A DNA stretch of 64,000 bases, taken from the NCBI RefSeq assembly GCF_006345805.1, contig NW_021832229.1:1-64000 (forward strand), in the 5' to 3' direction. The DNA is from Octopus sinensis. Its lineage: Eukaryota. Positions 15,001 through 30,000 of the stretch are shown piece by piece. The position numbers and the translations under genes were made by a program. The notes beneath the pieces were generated by a model. The model was not told where the DNA came from, searched no databases, and was given only the letters and a program-made list of their open reading frames with translations. Every line of letters begins with the position of its first letter. Position 1 is the stretch's first letter.

Positions 15001-18000
15001 TCCAGACAATAAGACCATCCAGACAATAAGGGCATCCAGACAATAAGTGCATTCACAGAATAAGACCATCCAGTCAATACGGTTATTCAGAGAATAAGAG
15101 CATCCAGACAATAAGAGCATCCAGACAATAAGAGCATCCAGGCAATAAGAGCATACAGACAATAAGAGCATACAGAAAATAAGAGCATCCAGACAATAAC
15201 AGCATCCAAACAATAACAGCATCCAGACAATAAGAGCATACAGACAATAAGAGCATATAGACAATAAGAGCATTCAGACAATAAGAGCATTCAGACAATA
15301 AGAGCATACAGACAATAAGAGCATACAGACAATAAGAGCATACAGACAATAAGAGCATTCAGACAATAAGAGCATACAGACAATAAGAGCATACAGACAA
15401 TAAGAGCATACAGACAATAAGAGCATTCAGACAATAAGAGCATACAGACAATAAGAGCATTCAGACAATAAGAGCATACAGACAATAAGAGCATACAGAC
15501 AATAAGAGCATACAGACAATAAGAGCATTCAGACAATAAGAGCATACAGACAATAAGACATATAGACAATAAGAGCATACAGACAATAAGAGCATTCAGA
15601 CAATAAGAGCATACAGACAATGAGAGCATACATACAATAAGAGCATATAGACAATAAGAGCATACAGAAAATAAGAGCATTTAGACAATAAGACCATCCA
15701 CACAATAAGAGCATCGAGATAGTAAGTGCATTCAGACAATAAGAGCATCGAGATAATAAGTGCATTCAGACAATAAGATCATCGAGACAATAAGAGCATA
15801 CAGACAATAAGAGCATTCAGACAATAAGACCATCCAGAAATAAGAGCAACCAGACAATAAGTGCATTCAGACAATAACAGCATCCAGACAATAAGCGCAT
15901 TCAGACAATAAGAGCATCCAGACAATAAGCGCATTCAGACTATAAGCGCATCCAGACAATAAGTGCATTCAGACAATAAGAGCATACAGACAATAAGAGC
16001 ATCCAGACAATAAGTGCATTCAGACAATAAGAGCATCCAGACAATAAGTGCATTCAGTCAATAATAGCATCCAGACAATGAGAGCATCCAGACAATAACA
16101 GCATCCAGACAATAAGTGCATTCAGACAATAAGAGCATACAGACAATAAGCGCATTCAGACCATAAGAGCATCCAGACAATAAGAGCATCCAGACAGTAA
16201 GATTATCCAAATAATAAGACCATCCAGACAATAAGACCTTACAGACAATGAGACCATCCAGACAATAAGAGCATCCAGACAATAAGTGTTTTCAGACAAT
16301 AAGAGCATTCAGAATATAAGTCCATCCAGACAATAAGATCATCCAGACAGTAAGATTATCCAGATAATAAGACCATCCAGACAATTACACCATACAGACA
16401 ATATGACCATCCAGACAGTAAAAGTATCCAGACAATAAATGCATTCAGACAATAACAGCATCCAGACATTAAGTGCATTCAGACAATAAGAGGATATAGA
16501 CAATAAGAGCATACAGACAATAAGAGCATTCAGACAATAAGACCATCCAAACAATAAGAGCATCCAGACAATAAGAGCATACAGACAATAAGAGTATCCA
16601 GACAATAAGAGCATACAGACAATAAGAGCATCCAGACAATAAGAGCATACAGACAATAAGAGCATTCAGACAATAAGAGCATCCAGACAATAAGAGCATC
16701 CAGACAATAAGAGCATCCAGACAATAAGAGCATACAGACAATAAGAGCATCCAGACAATAAGAGCATTCAGACAATAAGAGCATCCAGACAATAAGTGCA
16801 TTCAGACAATAAGAGCATCCAGACAATAAGAGCATCCAGACAATAAGAGCATCCAGACAATAAGAGCATACAGACAATAAGAGCATACAGACAATAAGAC
16901 CATCCAGACAATAAGAGCATCCAGACAATAAGAGCATTCAGACAATAAGAGCATCCAGACAATAAGAGCATCCAGACAATAAGAGCATCCAGACAATAAG
17001 AGCATCCAGACAATAAGACCATCCAGACAATAAGAGCATCCAGACAATAAGAGCATCACAGACAAAAGAACATCCAATCAATACGTTTATTCAGAGAATA
17101 AGAGGATCCAGACAATAAGAGCATCCAGACAATAACAGCATCCAGACATTGAGAGCATTCAGACAATAAGAGCATACAGACAATAAGAGCATACAGACAA
17201 TAAGAGCATACAGACAATAAGAGCATATAGACAATAAGAGCATACAGACAATAAGAGCATACAGACAATAAGACCATCCAGACAATAAGAGCATCCAGAC
17301 AATAAGAGCATTCAGACAATAAGAGCATCCAGACAATAAGTGCATTCAGACAATAAGAGCATCCAGACAATAAGAGCATACAGACAATAAGAGCATTCAG
17401 ACAATAAGAGCATCCAGACAATAAGAGCATCAGACAATAAGTGCATTCAGACAATAAGAGCATCCAGACAATAAGAGCATTCAGACAATAAGAGCATCCA
17501 GACAATAAGTGCATTCAGACAATAAGAGCATACAGACAATAAGAGCATCCAGACAATAAGAGCATTCAGACAATAAGTGCATCAAGACAATAAGTACATC
17601 AGACAATAAGAGCATCCAGACAATAAGACATCCAGACAATAAGAGATCCAGACAATAAGAGCATCAGACAATAAGAGCATTCAGACAATAAGAGCATTCA
17701 GACAATAAGTGCATTCAGACAATAAGAGCATACAGACAATAAGAGCATACAGACAATAAGTGCATCCAGACAATAAGTGCATAAGACACAGACAATAAGT
17801 GCATCAGACAATAAGAGCATCAGACAATAAGAGCATCCAGACAATAAGAGCATCCAGACAATAAGAGCATCCAGACAATAAGAGCATCCAGACAATAAGA
17901 GCATCCAGACAATAAGAGCATCCAGACAATAAGAGCATACAGACAATAAGTGCATCCAGACAATAAGTGCATCCAGACAATAAGTGCATCCAGACAATAA

Positions 18001-21000
18001 GAGCATCCAGACAATAAGAGCATCCAGACAATAAGTGCATCCAGACAATAAGTGCATTCAGACAATAAGAGCATCCAGACAATAAATGCATCCAGACAAT
18101 CAGAGCATCTAGACAATAAGACCATCCAGACAATAAGACCATCCAGACAATAAGACCGTCCAGACAATAAGAGCATTTAGACAATAAGAGCATACAGACA
18201 ATAAGAGCATACAGACAATAAGAGCATCCAGACAGTAAGAGCATCCAGACAATAAAAGCATACAGACAATAAGAGCATACAGACAATAAGAGCATACAGA
18301 CAATAAAAGCATACAGACAAAAAGAGCATACAGACAATAAGAGCATCCAGACAATAAGAGCATACAGACAATAAGAGCATACAGACAATAAATGCATTCA
18401 GACAATAAGAGTACCAGACAATAAGAGCATCCAGAAAATAAGAGCATCCAGACAATAAGAGCATACAGAAAAATAAGAGCATTCAGACAATAAGAGCATC
18501 TAGACAATAAGAGCATCCAGACAATAAGAGCATCCAGAAAATAAGAGCATACAGACAATAAGAGCATTCAGACAATAAGAGCATCCAGACAATAAGAGCA
18601 TCCAGACAATAAGAGCATCCAGACAATAAGAGCATTCACACAATAAGACCATCCAGACAATAAGTGCATTCAGAGAATAAGAGCATCCAGACAATAAGAG
18701 CATCCAGACAATAAGATCACATAGACAATAAGAGCATACAGACAATAAGAGCATACAGACAATAGGACGATCCAGACAATGAGAGCATCCAGACAATAAG
18801 TGCATTCAGACAATAAGAGCATCCAGACAATAAGTGCATCCAGACAATAAGAGCATCCAGACAATAAGAGCATCCAGACAATAAGACCATCCAGACAATA
18901 AGAGCATCCAGACAATAAGAGCATTCACAGAATAAGACCATCCAATCAATACGTTTATTCAGAGAAAAAGAGCATCCAGACAATAAGAGCATCCAGACAA
19001 TAACAGCATCCAGTCATTAAGAGCATTTAGACAATAAGAGCATTCAGACAATAAGAGCATACAGACAATAAGAGCATACAGACAATAAGAGCATATAGAC
19101 AATAAGAGCATACAGACAATAAGAGCATTTAGACAATAAGACCATCCACACAATAAGAGCATCCAGATAATAAGTGCATTCAGACAATAAGAGCATCGAG
19201 ACAATAAGTGCATTCAGACAATAAGATCATCGACACAATAAGATCATACAGACAAAAAGAGCATTCAGACAATAAGGCCATCCAGACAATAAGAACATCC
19301 AAACAATAAGTGCATTCAGACAATAACAGCATCCAGACAATAAGCGCATTCAGACAATAAGAGCATCCAGACAATAAGTGCATTCAGACAATAAGAGCAT
19401 ACAGACAATAAGAGCATCCAGACAATAAGTGCTTTCAGACAATAAGTGCATCAAGACAATAAGTACATTCAGTCAATGAGAGCATCCAGACAATAACACC
19501 ATCCAGACAATAAGTGCATTCAGTCAATAAGAGCATACAGACAATAGGCGCATTCAGACAATAAGAGCATCCAGACAATAAGTGCATCCAGACAATCAGT
19601 GCCTACAGACAATAAGTGCATCCAGACCACAAGTGCATTCAGACAATAAGAGTATTCAGACAATAAGTGCATTCAGACAATAAGTGCATTCAGACAATAA
19701 GAGCATACAGACAATAAGAGCATACAGAAAATAAGTGCATTCAGACAATAAGTGCATCAAGACAATAAATGCATTCAGTCAATAATAGCATCCCGACAAT
19801 AAGACCATCCAGACAATAACAGCATCCAGACGATAAGTGCATTCAGACAATAAGAGTATTCAGACAATAAGTGCATTCAGACAATAAGTGCATTCAGACA
19901 ATAAGAGCATACAGACAATAAGAGCATACAGATCATAAGTGCATCCAGACAAAAAGTGCATCCAGACAATCAGTGCATACAGACAATAAGTGCATCCAGA
20001 CAATAAGTGCATCCAGACAATAAGAGCATCCAGACAATAAAATCATCCATAGAATAAGAGCATCCAGACAATAAGAGCATCCAGACAATAAAAGCATCCA
20101 GACAATAAGAGCTTCCAGACAATAAAAGGATACAGACAATAAGTGCATCCAGACAATAAGTGCATCCAGATAATAAGTGCATCCAGACAATAAGAGCATC
20201 CAGACGATAAGAGCATCCACACAATAAGTGCATCCAGACAATAAGTGCATTCAGACAATAAGAGCATCCAGACAATAAATGCATCCAGACAATCAGAGCA
20301 TCTAGACAAAAAGACCATCCAGACAATAAGACCATCCAGACAATAAGACCGTCAGACAATAAGAGCATTTAGACAATAAGAGCATACAGACAATAAGAGC
20401 ATACAGACAATAAGAGCATCAGACAGTAAGAGCATCCAGACAATAAAAGCATACAGACAATAAGAGCATCAGACATAAGAGACAATAAGGCATACAGACA
20501 AAAAAAAAAAAAGCATCCAGACAATAAGAGCATACAGACAATAAGAGCATCCAGACAATAAGAGCATTACAGACAATAAGAGCATCCAGACAATAAGAGC
20601 ATCCAGACAATAAGAGCATCAAGGAGAAATAAGAGCATACAGACAATAAGAGCATTCAGACAATAAGAGCATCCAGACAAAAAGAAAATCCAGACAATAA
20701 GAGCATCAGACAATAAGAGCATCCAGACAATAAGAGCATTCAGACAATAAGACCATGCAGACAATAAGTGCATTCAGAGAATAAGAGCATCCAGACAATA
20801 AGAGCATCAGACAATAAGATCACATAGACAATAAGAGCATACAGAAAATAAGAGCATACAGACAATAGGACGATCAAGACAAGGAGGCATCCAGACAATA
20901 AGAGCATCCAGACAATAAGTGCATCCAGACAATAAGAGCATCCAGACAATAAGAGCATCCAGACAATAAGACCATCCAGACAATAAGAGCATCCAGACAA

Positions 21001-24000
21001 TAAGAGCATTCACAGAATAAGACCATCCAATCAATACGTTTATTCAGAGAAAAAGAGCATCCAGACAATAAGAGCATCCAGACAATAACAGCATCCAGTC
21101 ATTAAGAGCATTTAGACAATAAGAGCATTCAGACAATAAGAGCATACAGACAATAAGAGCATACAGACAATAAGAGCATATAGACAATAAGAGCATACAG
21201 ACAATAAGAGCATTTAGACAATAAGACCATCCACACAATAAGAGCATCCAGATAATAAGTGCATTCAGACAATAAGAGCATCGAGACAATAAGTACATTC
21301 AGACAATAAGATCATCGAGACAATAAGATCATACAGACAAAAAGAGCATTGAGACAATAAGGCCATCCAGACAATAAGAACATCCAAACAATAAGTGCAT
21401 TCAGACAATAACAGCATCCAGACAATAAGCGCATTCAGACAATAAGAGCATCCAGACAATAAGTGCATTCAGACAATAAGAGCATACAGACAATAAGAGC
21501 ATCCAGACAATAAGTGCTTTCAGACAATAAGTGCATCAAGACAATAAGTACATTCAGTCAATAAGAGCATCCAGACAATAACACCATCCAGACAATAAGT
21601 GCATTCAGTCAATAAGAGCATACAGACAATAGGCGCATTCAGACAATAAGAGCATCCAGACAATAAGAGCATACAGATCATAAGTGCATCCAGACAAAAA
21701 GTGCATCCAGACAATCAGTGCATACAGACAATAAGTGCATCCAGACAATAAGTGCATCCAGACAATAAGAGCATCCAGACAATAAAATCATCCATAGAAT
21801 AAGAGCATCCAGACAATAAGAGCATCCAGACAATAAAAGCATCCAGACAATAAGAGCTTCCAGACAATAAAAGGATACAGACAATAAGTGCATCCAGACA
21901 ATAAGTGCATCCAGATAATAAGTGCATCCAGACAATAAGAGCATCCAGACGATAAGAGCATCCACACAATAAGTGCATCCAGACAATAAGTGCATTCAGA
22001 CAATAAGAGCATCCAGACAATAAATGCATCCAGACAATCAGAGCATCTAGACAAAAAGACCATCCAGACAATAAGACCATCCAGACAATAAGACCGTCCA
22101 CACAATAAGAGCATTTAGACAATAAGAGCATACAGACAATAAGAGCATACAGACAATAAGAGCATCCAGACAGTAAGAGCATCCAGACAATAAAAGCATA
22201 CAGACAATAAGAGCATACCGACAATAAGAGCATACAGACAATAAAAGCATACAGACAAAAAGAGCATACAGACAATAAGAGCATCCAGACAATAAGAGCA
22301 TACAGACAATAAGAGCATACAGACAATAAATGCATTCAGACAATAAGAGTACCAGACAATAAGAGCATCCAGAAAATAAGAGCATCCAGACAATAAGAGC
22401 ATACAGAAAAATAAGACCATTCAGACAATAAGAGCATCTAGACAATAAGAGCATCCAGACAATAAGAGCATCCAGGAAATAAGAGCATACAGACAATAAG
22501 AGCATTCAGACAATAAGAGCATCCAGACAATAACAGCATCCAGACAATAAGAGCATCCAGACAATAAGAGCATTCACACAATAAGACCATGCAGACAATA
22601 AGTGCATTCAGAGAATAAGAGCATCCAGACAATAAGAGCATCCAGACAATAAGATCACATAGACAATAAGAGCATACAGACAATAAGAGCATACAGACAA
22701 TAGGACGATCCAGACAATGAGAGCATCCAGACAATAAGTGCATTCAGACAATAAGAGCATCCAGACAATAAGTGCATCCAGACAATAAGAGCATCCAGAC
22801 AATAAGAGCATCCAGACAATAAGACCAACCAGACAATAAGAGCATCCAGACAATAAGGGCATTCACAGAATAAGACCATCCAATCAATACGTTTATTCAG
22901 AGAAAAAGAGCATCCAGACAATAAGAGCATCCAGACAATAACAGCATCCAGTCATTAAGAGCATTTAGACAATAAGAGCATTCAGACAATAAGAGCATAC
23001 AGACAATAAGAGCATACAGACAATAAGAGCATATAGACAATAAGAGCATACAGACAATAAGAGCATTTAGACAATAAGACCATCCACACAATAAGAGCAT
23101 CCAGATAATAAGTGCATTCAGACAATAAGAGCATCGAGACAATAAGTACATACAGACAATAAGATCATCGAGACAATAAGATCATACAGACAAAAAGAGC
23201 ATTAAGACAATAAGGCCATCCAGACAATAAGAACATCCAAACAATAAGTGCATTCAGACAATAACAGCATCCAGACAATAAGCGCATTCAGACAATAAGA
23301 GCATCCAGACAATAAGTGCATTCAGACAATAAGAGCATACAGACAATATGAGCATCCAGACAATAAGTGCTTTCAGACAATAAGTGCATCAAGACAATAA
23401 GTACATTCAGTCAATGAGAGCATCCAGACAATAACACCATCCAGACAATAAGTGCATTCAGTCAATAAGAGCATACAGACAATAGGCGCATTCAGACAAT
23501 AAGAGCATCCAGACAATAAGTGCATCCAGACAATCAGTGCCTACAGACAATAAGTGCATCCAGACCACAAGTGCATTCAGACAATAAGAGTATTCAGACA
23601 ATAAGTGCATTCAGACAATAAGTGCATTCAGACAATAAGAACATACATACAATAAAAGCATACAGACAAAAAGAGCATACAGACAATAAGAGCATCCAGA
23701 CAATAAGAGCATACAGACAATAAGAGCATACAGACAATAAATGCATTCAGACAATAAGAGTACCAGACAATAAGAGCATCCAGAAAATAAGAGCATCCAG
23801 ACAATAAGAGCATACAGAAAAATAGAGCATTCAGACAATAAGAGCATCTAGACAATAAGAGCATCCAGACAATAAGAGCATCCAGAAAATAAGAGCATAC
23901 AGACAATAAGACATTCAGACATAGAGCATCCAGACAATAAGAGCATCCAGACAAAAGCATTCACACAATAAGACCATCCAGACAATAAGTGCATTCAGAG

Positions 24001-27000
24001 AATAAGAGCATCCAAACAATAAGAGCATCCAGACAATAAGATCACATAGACAATAAGAGCATACAGACAATAAGAGCATACAGACAATAGGACGATCCAC
24101 ACAATGAGAGCATCCAGACAATAAGTGCATTCAGACAATAAGAGCATCCAGACAATAAGTGCATCCAGACAATAAGAGCATCCAGACAATAAGAGCATCC
24201 AGACAATAAGACCATCCAGACAATAAGAGCATCCAGACAATAAGAGAATTCACAGAATAAGACCATCCAATCAATACGTTTATTCAGAGGAAAAGAGCAT
24301 CCAGACAATAAGAGCATCAAGACAATAACAGCATCCAGTCATTAAGAGCATTTAGACAATAAGAGCATTCAGACAATAAGAGCATACAGACAATAAGAGC
24401 ATACTGACAATAAGAGCATATAGACAATAAGAGCATACAGACAATAAGAGCATTTAGACAATAAGACCATCCACACAATAAGAGCATCCAGATAATAAGT
24501 GCATTCAGACAATAAGAGCATCGAGACATTAAGTGCATTCAGACAATAAGATCATCGAGACAATAAGATCATACAGAAAAAAAGAGCATTCAGACAATAA
24601 GGCCATCCAGACAATAAGAACATCCAAACAATAAGTGCATTCAGACAATAACAGCATCCAGACAATAAGCGCATTCAGACAATAAGAGCATCCAGACAAT
24701 AAGTGCATTTAGACATTAAGAGCATACAGACAATAAGAGCATCCAGACAATTAGTGCTTTCAGACAATAAGTGCATCAAGACAATAAGTGCATTCAGACA
24801 ATAAGAGCATCGAGACAATAAGTACATACAGACAATAAGATCATCGAGACAATAAGATCATACAGACAATAACACCATCCAGACAATAAGTGCATTCAGT
24901 CAATAAGAGCATACAGACAATAGGCGCATTCAGACAATAAGAGCATCCAGACAATAAGTGCATCCAGACAATCAGTGCCTACAGACAATAAGTGCATCCA
25001 GACCACAAGTGCATTCAGACAATAAGAGTATTCAGACAATAAGTGCATTCAGACAATAAGTGCATTCAGACAATAAGAGCATACATACAATATGAGCATA
25101 GAGACAATAAGTGCATTCAGACAATAAGTGCATCAAGACAATAAATGCATTCAGTCAATAATAGCATCCAGACAATAAGACCATCCAGACAATAACAGCA
25201 TCAAGACGATAAGTGCATTCAGACAATAAGAGTATTCAGACAATAAGTGCATTCAGACAATAAGTGCATTCAGACAATAAGAGCATACAGACAATAAGAG
25301 CATACAGACCATAAGTGCATCCAGACAATAATTGCATCCAGACAATCAGTGCATACAGACAATAAGTTCATCCAGACAATAAGTGCATCCAGACAATAAG
25401 AGCATCGAGACAATAAAATCATCCATAGAATAAGAGCATCCAGACAATAAGAGCATCCAAACAATAAAAGCATCCAGACAATAAGAGCTTCCAGACAATA
25501 AAAGGATGCAGACAATAAGTGCATCCAGACAATAAGTGCATCCAGATAATAAGTGCATCCAGACAATAAGAGCATCCAGACAATAAGAGCATCCACACAA
25601 TAAGTGCATCCAGACAATAAGTGCATTCAGACAATAAGAGCATCCAGACAATAAATGCATCCAGACAATCAGAGCATCTAGACAAAAAGACCATCCAGAC
25701 AATAAGACCATCCAGACAATAAGACCGTCCAGACAATAAGAGCATTTAGACAATAAGAGCATACAGACAATAAGAGCATACAGACAATAAGAGCATCCAG
25801 ACAGTAAGAGCATCCAGACAATAAAAGCATACAGACAATAAGAGCATACAGACAATAAGAGCATACAGACAATAAAAGCATACAGACAAAAAGAGCATAC
25901 AGAAAATAAGAGCATCCAGACAATAAGAGCATACAGACAATAAGAGCATACAGACAATAAAAGCATGCAGACAATAAGAGCATACAGACAATAAGAGCAT
26001 CCAGACAATAAGAGCATACAGACAATAAAAGCATGCAGACAATAAGACCATACAGACAATAAGAGCATCCAGACAATAAAAGCATGCAGACAATAAGAGC
26101 ATACAGACAATAAGAGCATACAGACAATAAGAGCATCCAGACTATAAGAGCATACAGAAAATAAGACCATCCAGACAATAAGAGCATACAGACAATAAGA
26201 GCATACAGACAATAAAAGCGTGCAGACAATAAGAGCATACAGACAATAAGTGCATACAGACAATAAAAGCATGCAGACAATAAGAGCATACAGACAATAA
26301 GGGCATACAGACAATAAGAGCATACAGACAATAAGAGCATACAGACAAAAAAAGCATGCAGACAATAAGAGCATACAGACAATAAGAGCATCCAGACAAT
26401 AAAAGCATGCAGACAATAAGACCATACAGACAATAAGAGCATCCAGACAATAAAAGCATGCAGACAATAAGAGCATACAGACAATAAGAGCATACAGACA
26501 ATAGGAGCATCCAGACAATAAGAGCATACAGACAATAAGAGCATCCAGACAATAAGAGCATACAGACAATAAGAGCATACAGACAATAAGAGCATACAGA
26601 CAATAAGAGCACACAAACAATAAGAGCATACAGACAATAAGAGCATACAGACAATTAGAGCATACAGACAATAAGAGCATCCAGACGATAAAAGCATGCA
26701 GACAATAAGAGCATACAGACAATAAGCGCATACAGACAATAAGAGCATCCAGACAATAAGAGCATACAGACAATTAGAGCATCCAGACAATAAGCGCATC
26801 CAGACAATAAGAGCATCCAGACAATAAGTGCATTCAGACAATAAGAGCATACAGACAATACAAGCGTGCAGACAATAAGAGCATACAGACAATAAGAGCA
26901 TACAGACAATAAAAGCATGCAGACAATAAGAGCATACAGACAATAAGAGCATACAGACAATAAGAGCATCCAGACAATAAGAGCATACAGTCAAAAAAGC

Positions 27001-30000
27001 ATACAGACAATAAAAGCATGCAGACAATAAGAGCATACAGACAATAAGAGCATCCAGACGATAAGAGCATACAGACAATAAGAGCATACAGACAATAAAA
27101 GCATGCAGACAATCAGTGCATCCAGACAATAAAAGCATGCAGACAATAAGTGCATCCAGACAATAAAAGCATGCAGACAATAAGAGCATACAGATAATAA
27201 GAGCATACAGACAATAAGAGCATACAGACAATAAAAGCATGCAGACAATAAAAGCATGCAGACAATAAGAGCATACAGATAATAAGAGCATACAGACAAA
27301 AAGAGCATACAGACAATAAGAGCATACAGACAATAAAGCATGCAGACAATAAGCGCATACAGATAATAAGTGCATACAGACAATAAGTGCATCCAGACAA
27401 TAAAAGCATGCAGACAATAAGAGCATAGAGACAATAAGAGCATACAGGCAATAAGTGCATCGAGACAATAAAAGCATGCAGACAATAAGAGCATACAGAC
27501 AATAAGAGCATACAGACAATAAGTGCATCGAGACAATAAAAGCATGCAGACAATAAGAGCATACAGACAATAAGTGCATACAGAAAATAAGTGCATCCAG
27601 ACAATAAAAGCATGCAGACAATAAGAGCATACAGACAATAAGAGCATACAGACAATAAGAGCATACAGACAATAAAAGCATGCAGACAATCAGTGCATCC
27701 ACACAACAAAAGCATGCAGACAATAAGCGCATACAGATAATAAGAGCATACAGACAATAAGAGCATACAGACAATAAAAGCATGCAGACAAACAGTGCAT
27801 ACAGACAATAAGTGCATCCAGACAATAAGTGCATTCAGACAATAAAAGCATGCAGACAATAAGAGCAAAAAGATAATAAGAGCATCCAGACAATAAGAGC
27901 ATCCAGACAATAAGACCACCCAGACAATAAGAGCATCCAGACAGTAAGAGCATACAGACAAAAAGAGCATACAGATAATAAGAGCATACAGACAATAAGA
28001 GCATACAGACAATAAAAGCATGCAGACAATCAGTGCATCCAGACAATAAAAGCATGCAGACAATAAGAGCATACAGATAATAAGAGCATACAGACAATAA
28101 GAGCATACAGACAATAAAAGCATGCAGACAATCAGTGCATCCAGACAATAAAAGCATGCAGACAATAAGAGCATACAGATAATAAGAGCATACAGACAAT
28201 AAGTGCATCCAGACAATAAGACCATCCAGACAATGAGAGCTTCAAGACAATGAGACCATCCAGACAATAAGAGCATCCAGGCAATAAGAGCATACAGACA
28301 ATAAGAGCATACAGACAATAAGTCCATCCAGACAATAAGAGCATCCAGGCACTAAGAGCATACAGGCGATAAGAGCATACAGAAAATATGTGCATTCAGA
28401 CAATAAGAGCATCCAGACAATATGAGCATCCACACAATAACAGCATCCAGACGATAAGTGCATTCAGACTATAAGAGCATACAGACAATAAGAGCATATA
28501 GACAATAAGAGCATTCAGACAATAAGAGCATCAAGACAATAAGACCGTCCAGACAATAGGAGCATCCAGACAATAAGAGCATCCAGACAATAAGAGCATC
28601 CAGACAGTAAGAGCATCCAGACAATAAGTGCATTCAGACAATAAGAGCATCCAGACAATAAGTGCATTCAGACAATAAGACCATCCAGACAATAAGAGCA
28701 TCCAGACAATAAGAGCATCCAGGCAATAAGTGCATACAGTCAATAAGAGCATACAGAAAATAAGAGCATCGAGACAATAAGAGCCTCCAGACAATAAGTG
28801 CATCCAGAAAATAAGTGCATTCAGACAATAAGAGCATCCAGATAATAACTGCATTTAGACAATAAGACCATCCAGACAATAAGACCATCCAGACAATGAG
28901 AGCTTCAAGACAATGAGACCATCCAGACAATAAGAGCATCGAGGCAATAAGAGCATACAGGCAATAAGAGCATACAGACAATATGCACATTCAGACAATA
29001 AGAGCATCCAGATAATATGTGCATTCAGACAATAAGAGCATCCAGACAATGAAAGCATCCAGACAATAAGAGCATCCAGACAATAAGAGCATCAGGACAA
29101 TAACAGCATCCAGACAATAAGTGCATTCAGACAATAAGTGCATACACACTATAAGAGCATCCAGACAATAAGAGCATCCAGACAATAAGATTATCCAGAC
29201 AATAAGAGCATTCCGACAATAAGAGCATCAACACAATAAGACCATCCAGACAATAAGAGCATCCAGTAAATATGAGGATACAGATAATAAGAGCATAAAG
29301 ACAATAAGAGCATCCAGACAATAATTGCATCCAGACAATAAATCATCCATAGAATAAGAGCATCCAGACAATAAGAGTATCCAAACAATAAAAGCATCCA
29401 GACAATAAGAGCATCCAGACAATAAGAGCATCCAGACAATAAGAGCATCCAGACAATACGAGCTTCCACACAATAAGTGCATCCACACAATACGTGCATT
29501 CAGACAATAATAGCATCCAGACAATAACAGCATCCAGGCAATCAGAGCATCCTGACAATAAGACCATCCAGACAATAAGACCATCCAGACAATAAGACCG
29601 TCCAGACAATAAGAGCATTCAGACAATAAGAGCATACAGACAATAAGAGCATACAGACAATAAGAGCATCCAGACAGTAAGAGCATCCAGACAATAAGAG
29701 CATACAGACAATAAGCCCGTCCAGACAATAAGAGCATACACACAATAAGAGCATACAGACAATAAGTGCATAGACAATATGAGCATCCAGACAATAAGAG
29801 CATCCAGACAATAAGAGCATACAGACAATAAGAGCATACAGACAATAAGCGCATTCAGACAATAAGAGCATTCAGACAATAAGAGCATCCAGACACTAAG
29901 AGCATCCAGACAATAAGCGCATTCAGAATATGAGAGCATTCAGACAATAAGAGCCTACAGACTATATGAGCATACCGACAATAAAAGCATACAGGCAATA

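Noticed and set aside
17400-24000. Clusters of 16-bp monomers and an A12 run near 20500
   Set aside because: Single-base losses and homopolymer expansion could be long-read consensus errors, which cannot be separated from biology without reads.
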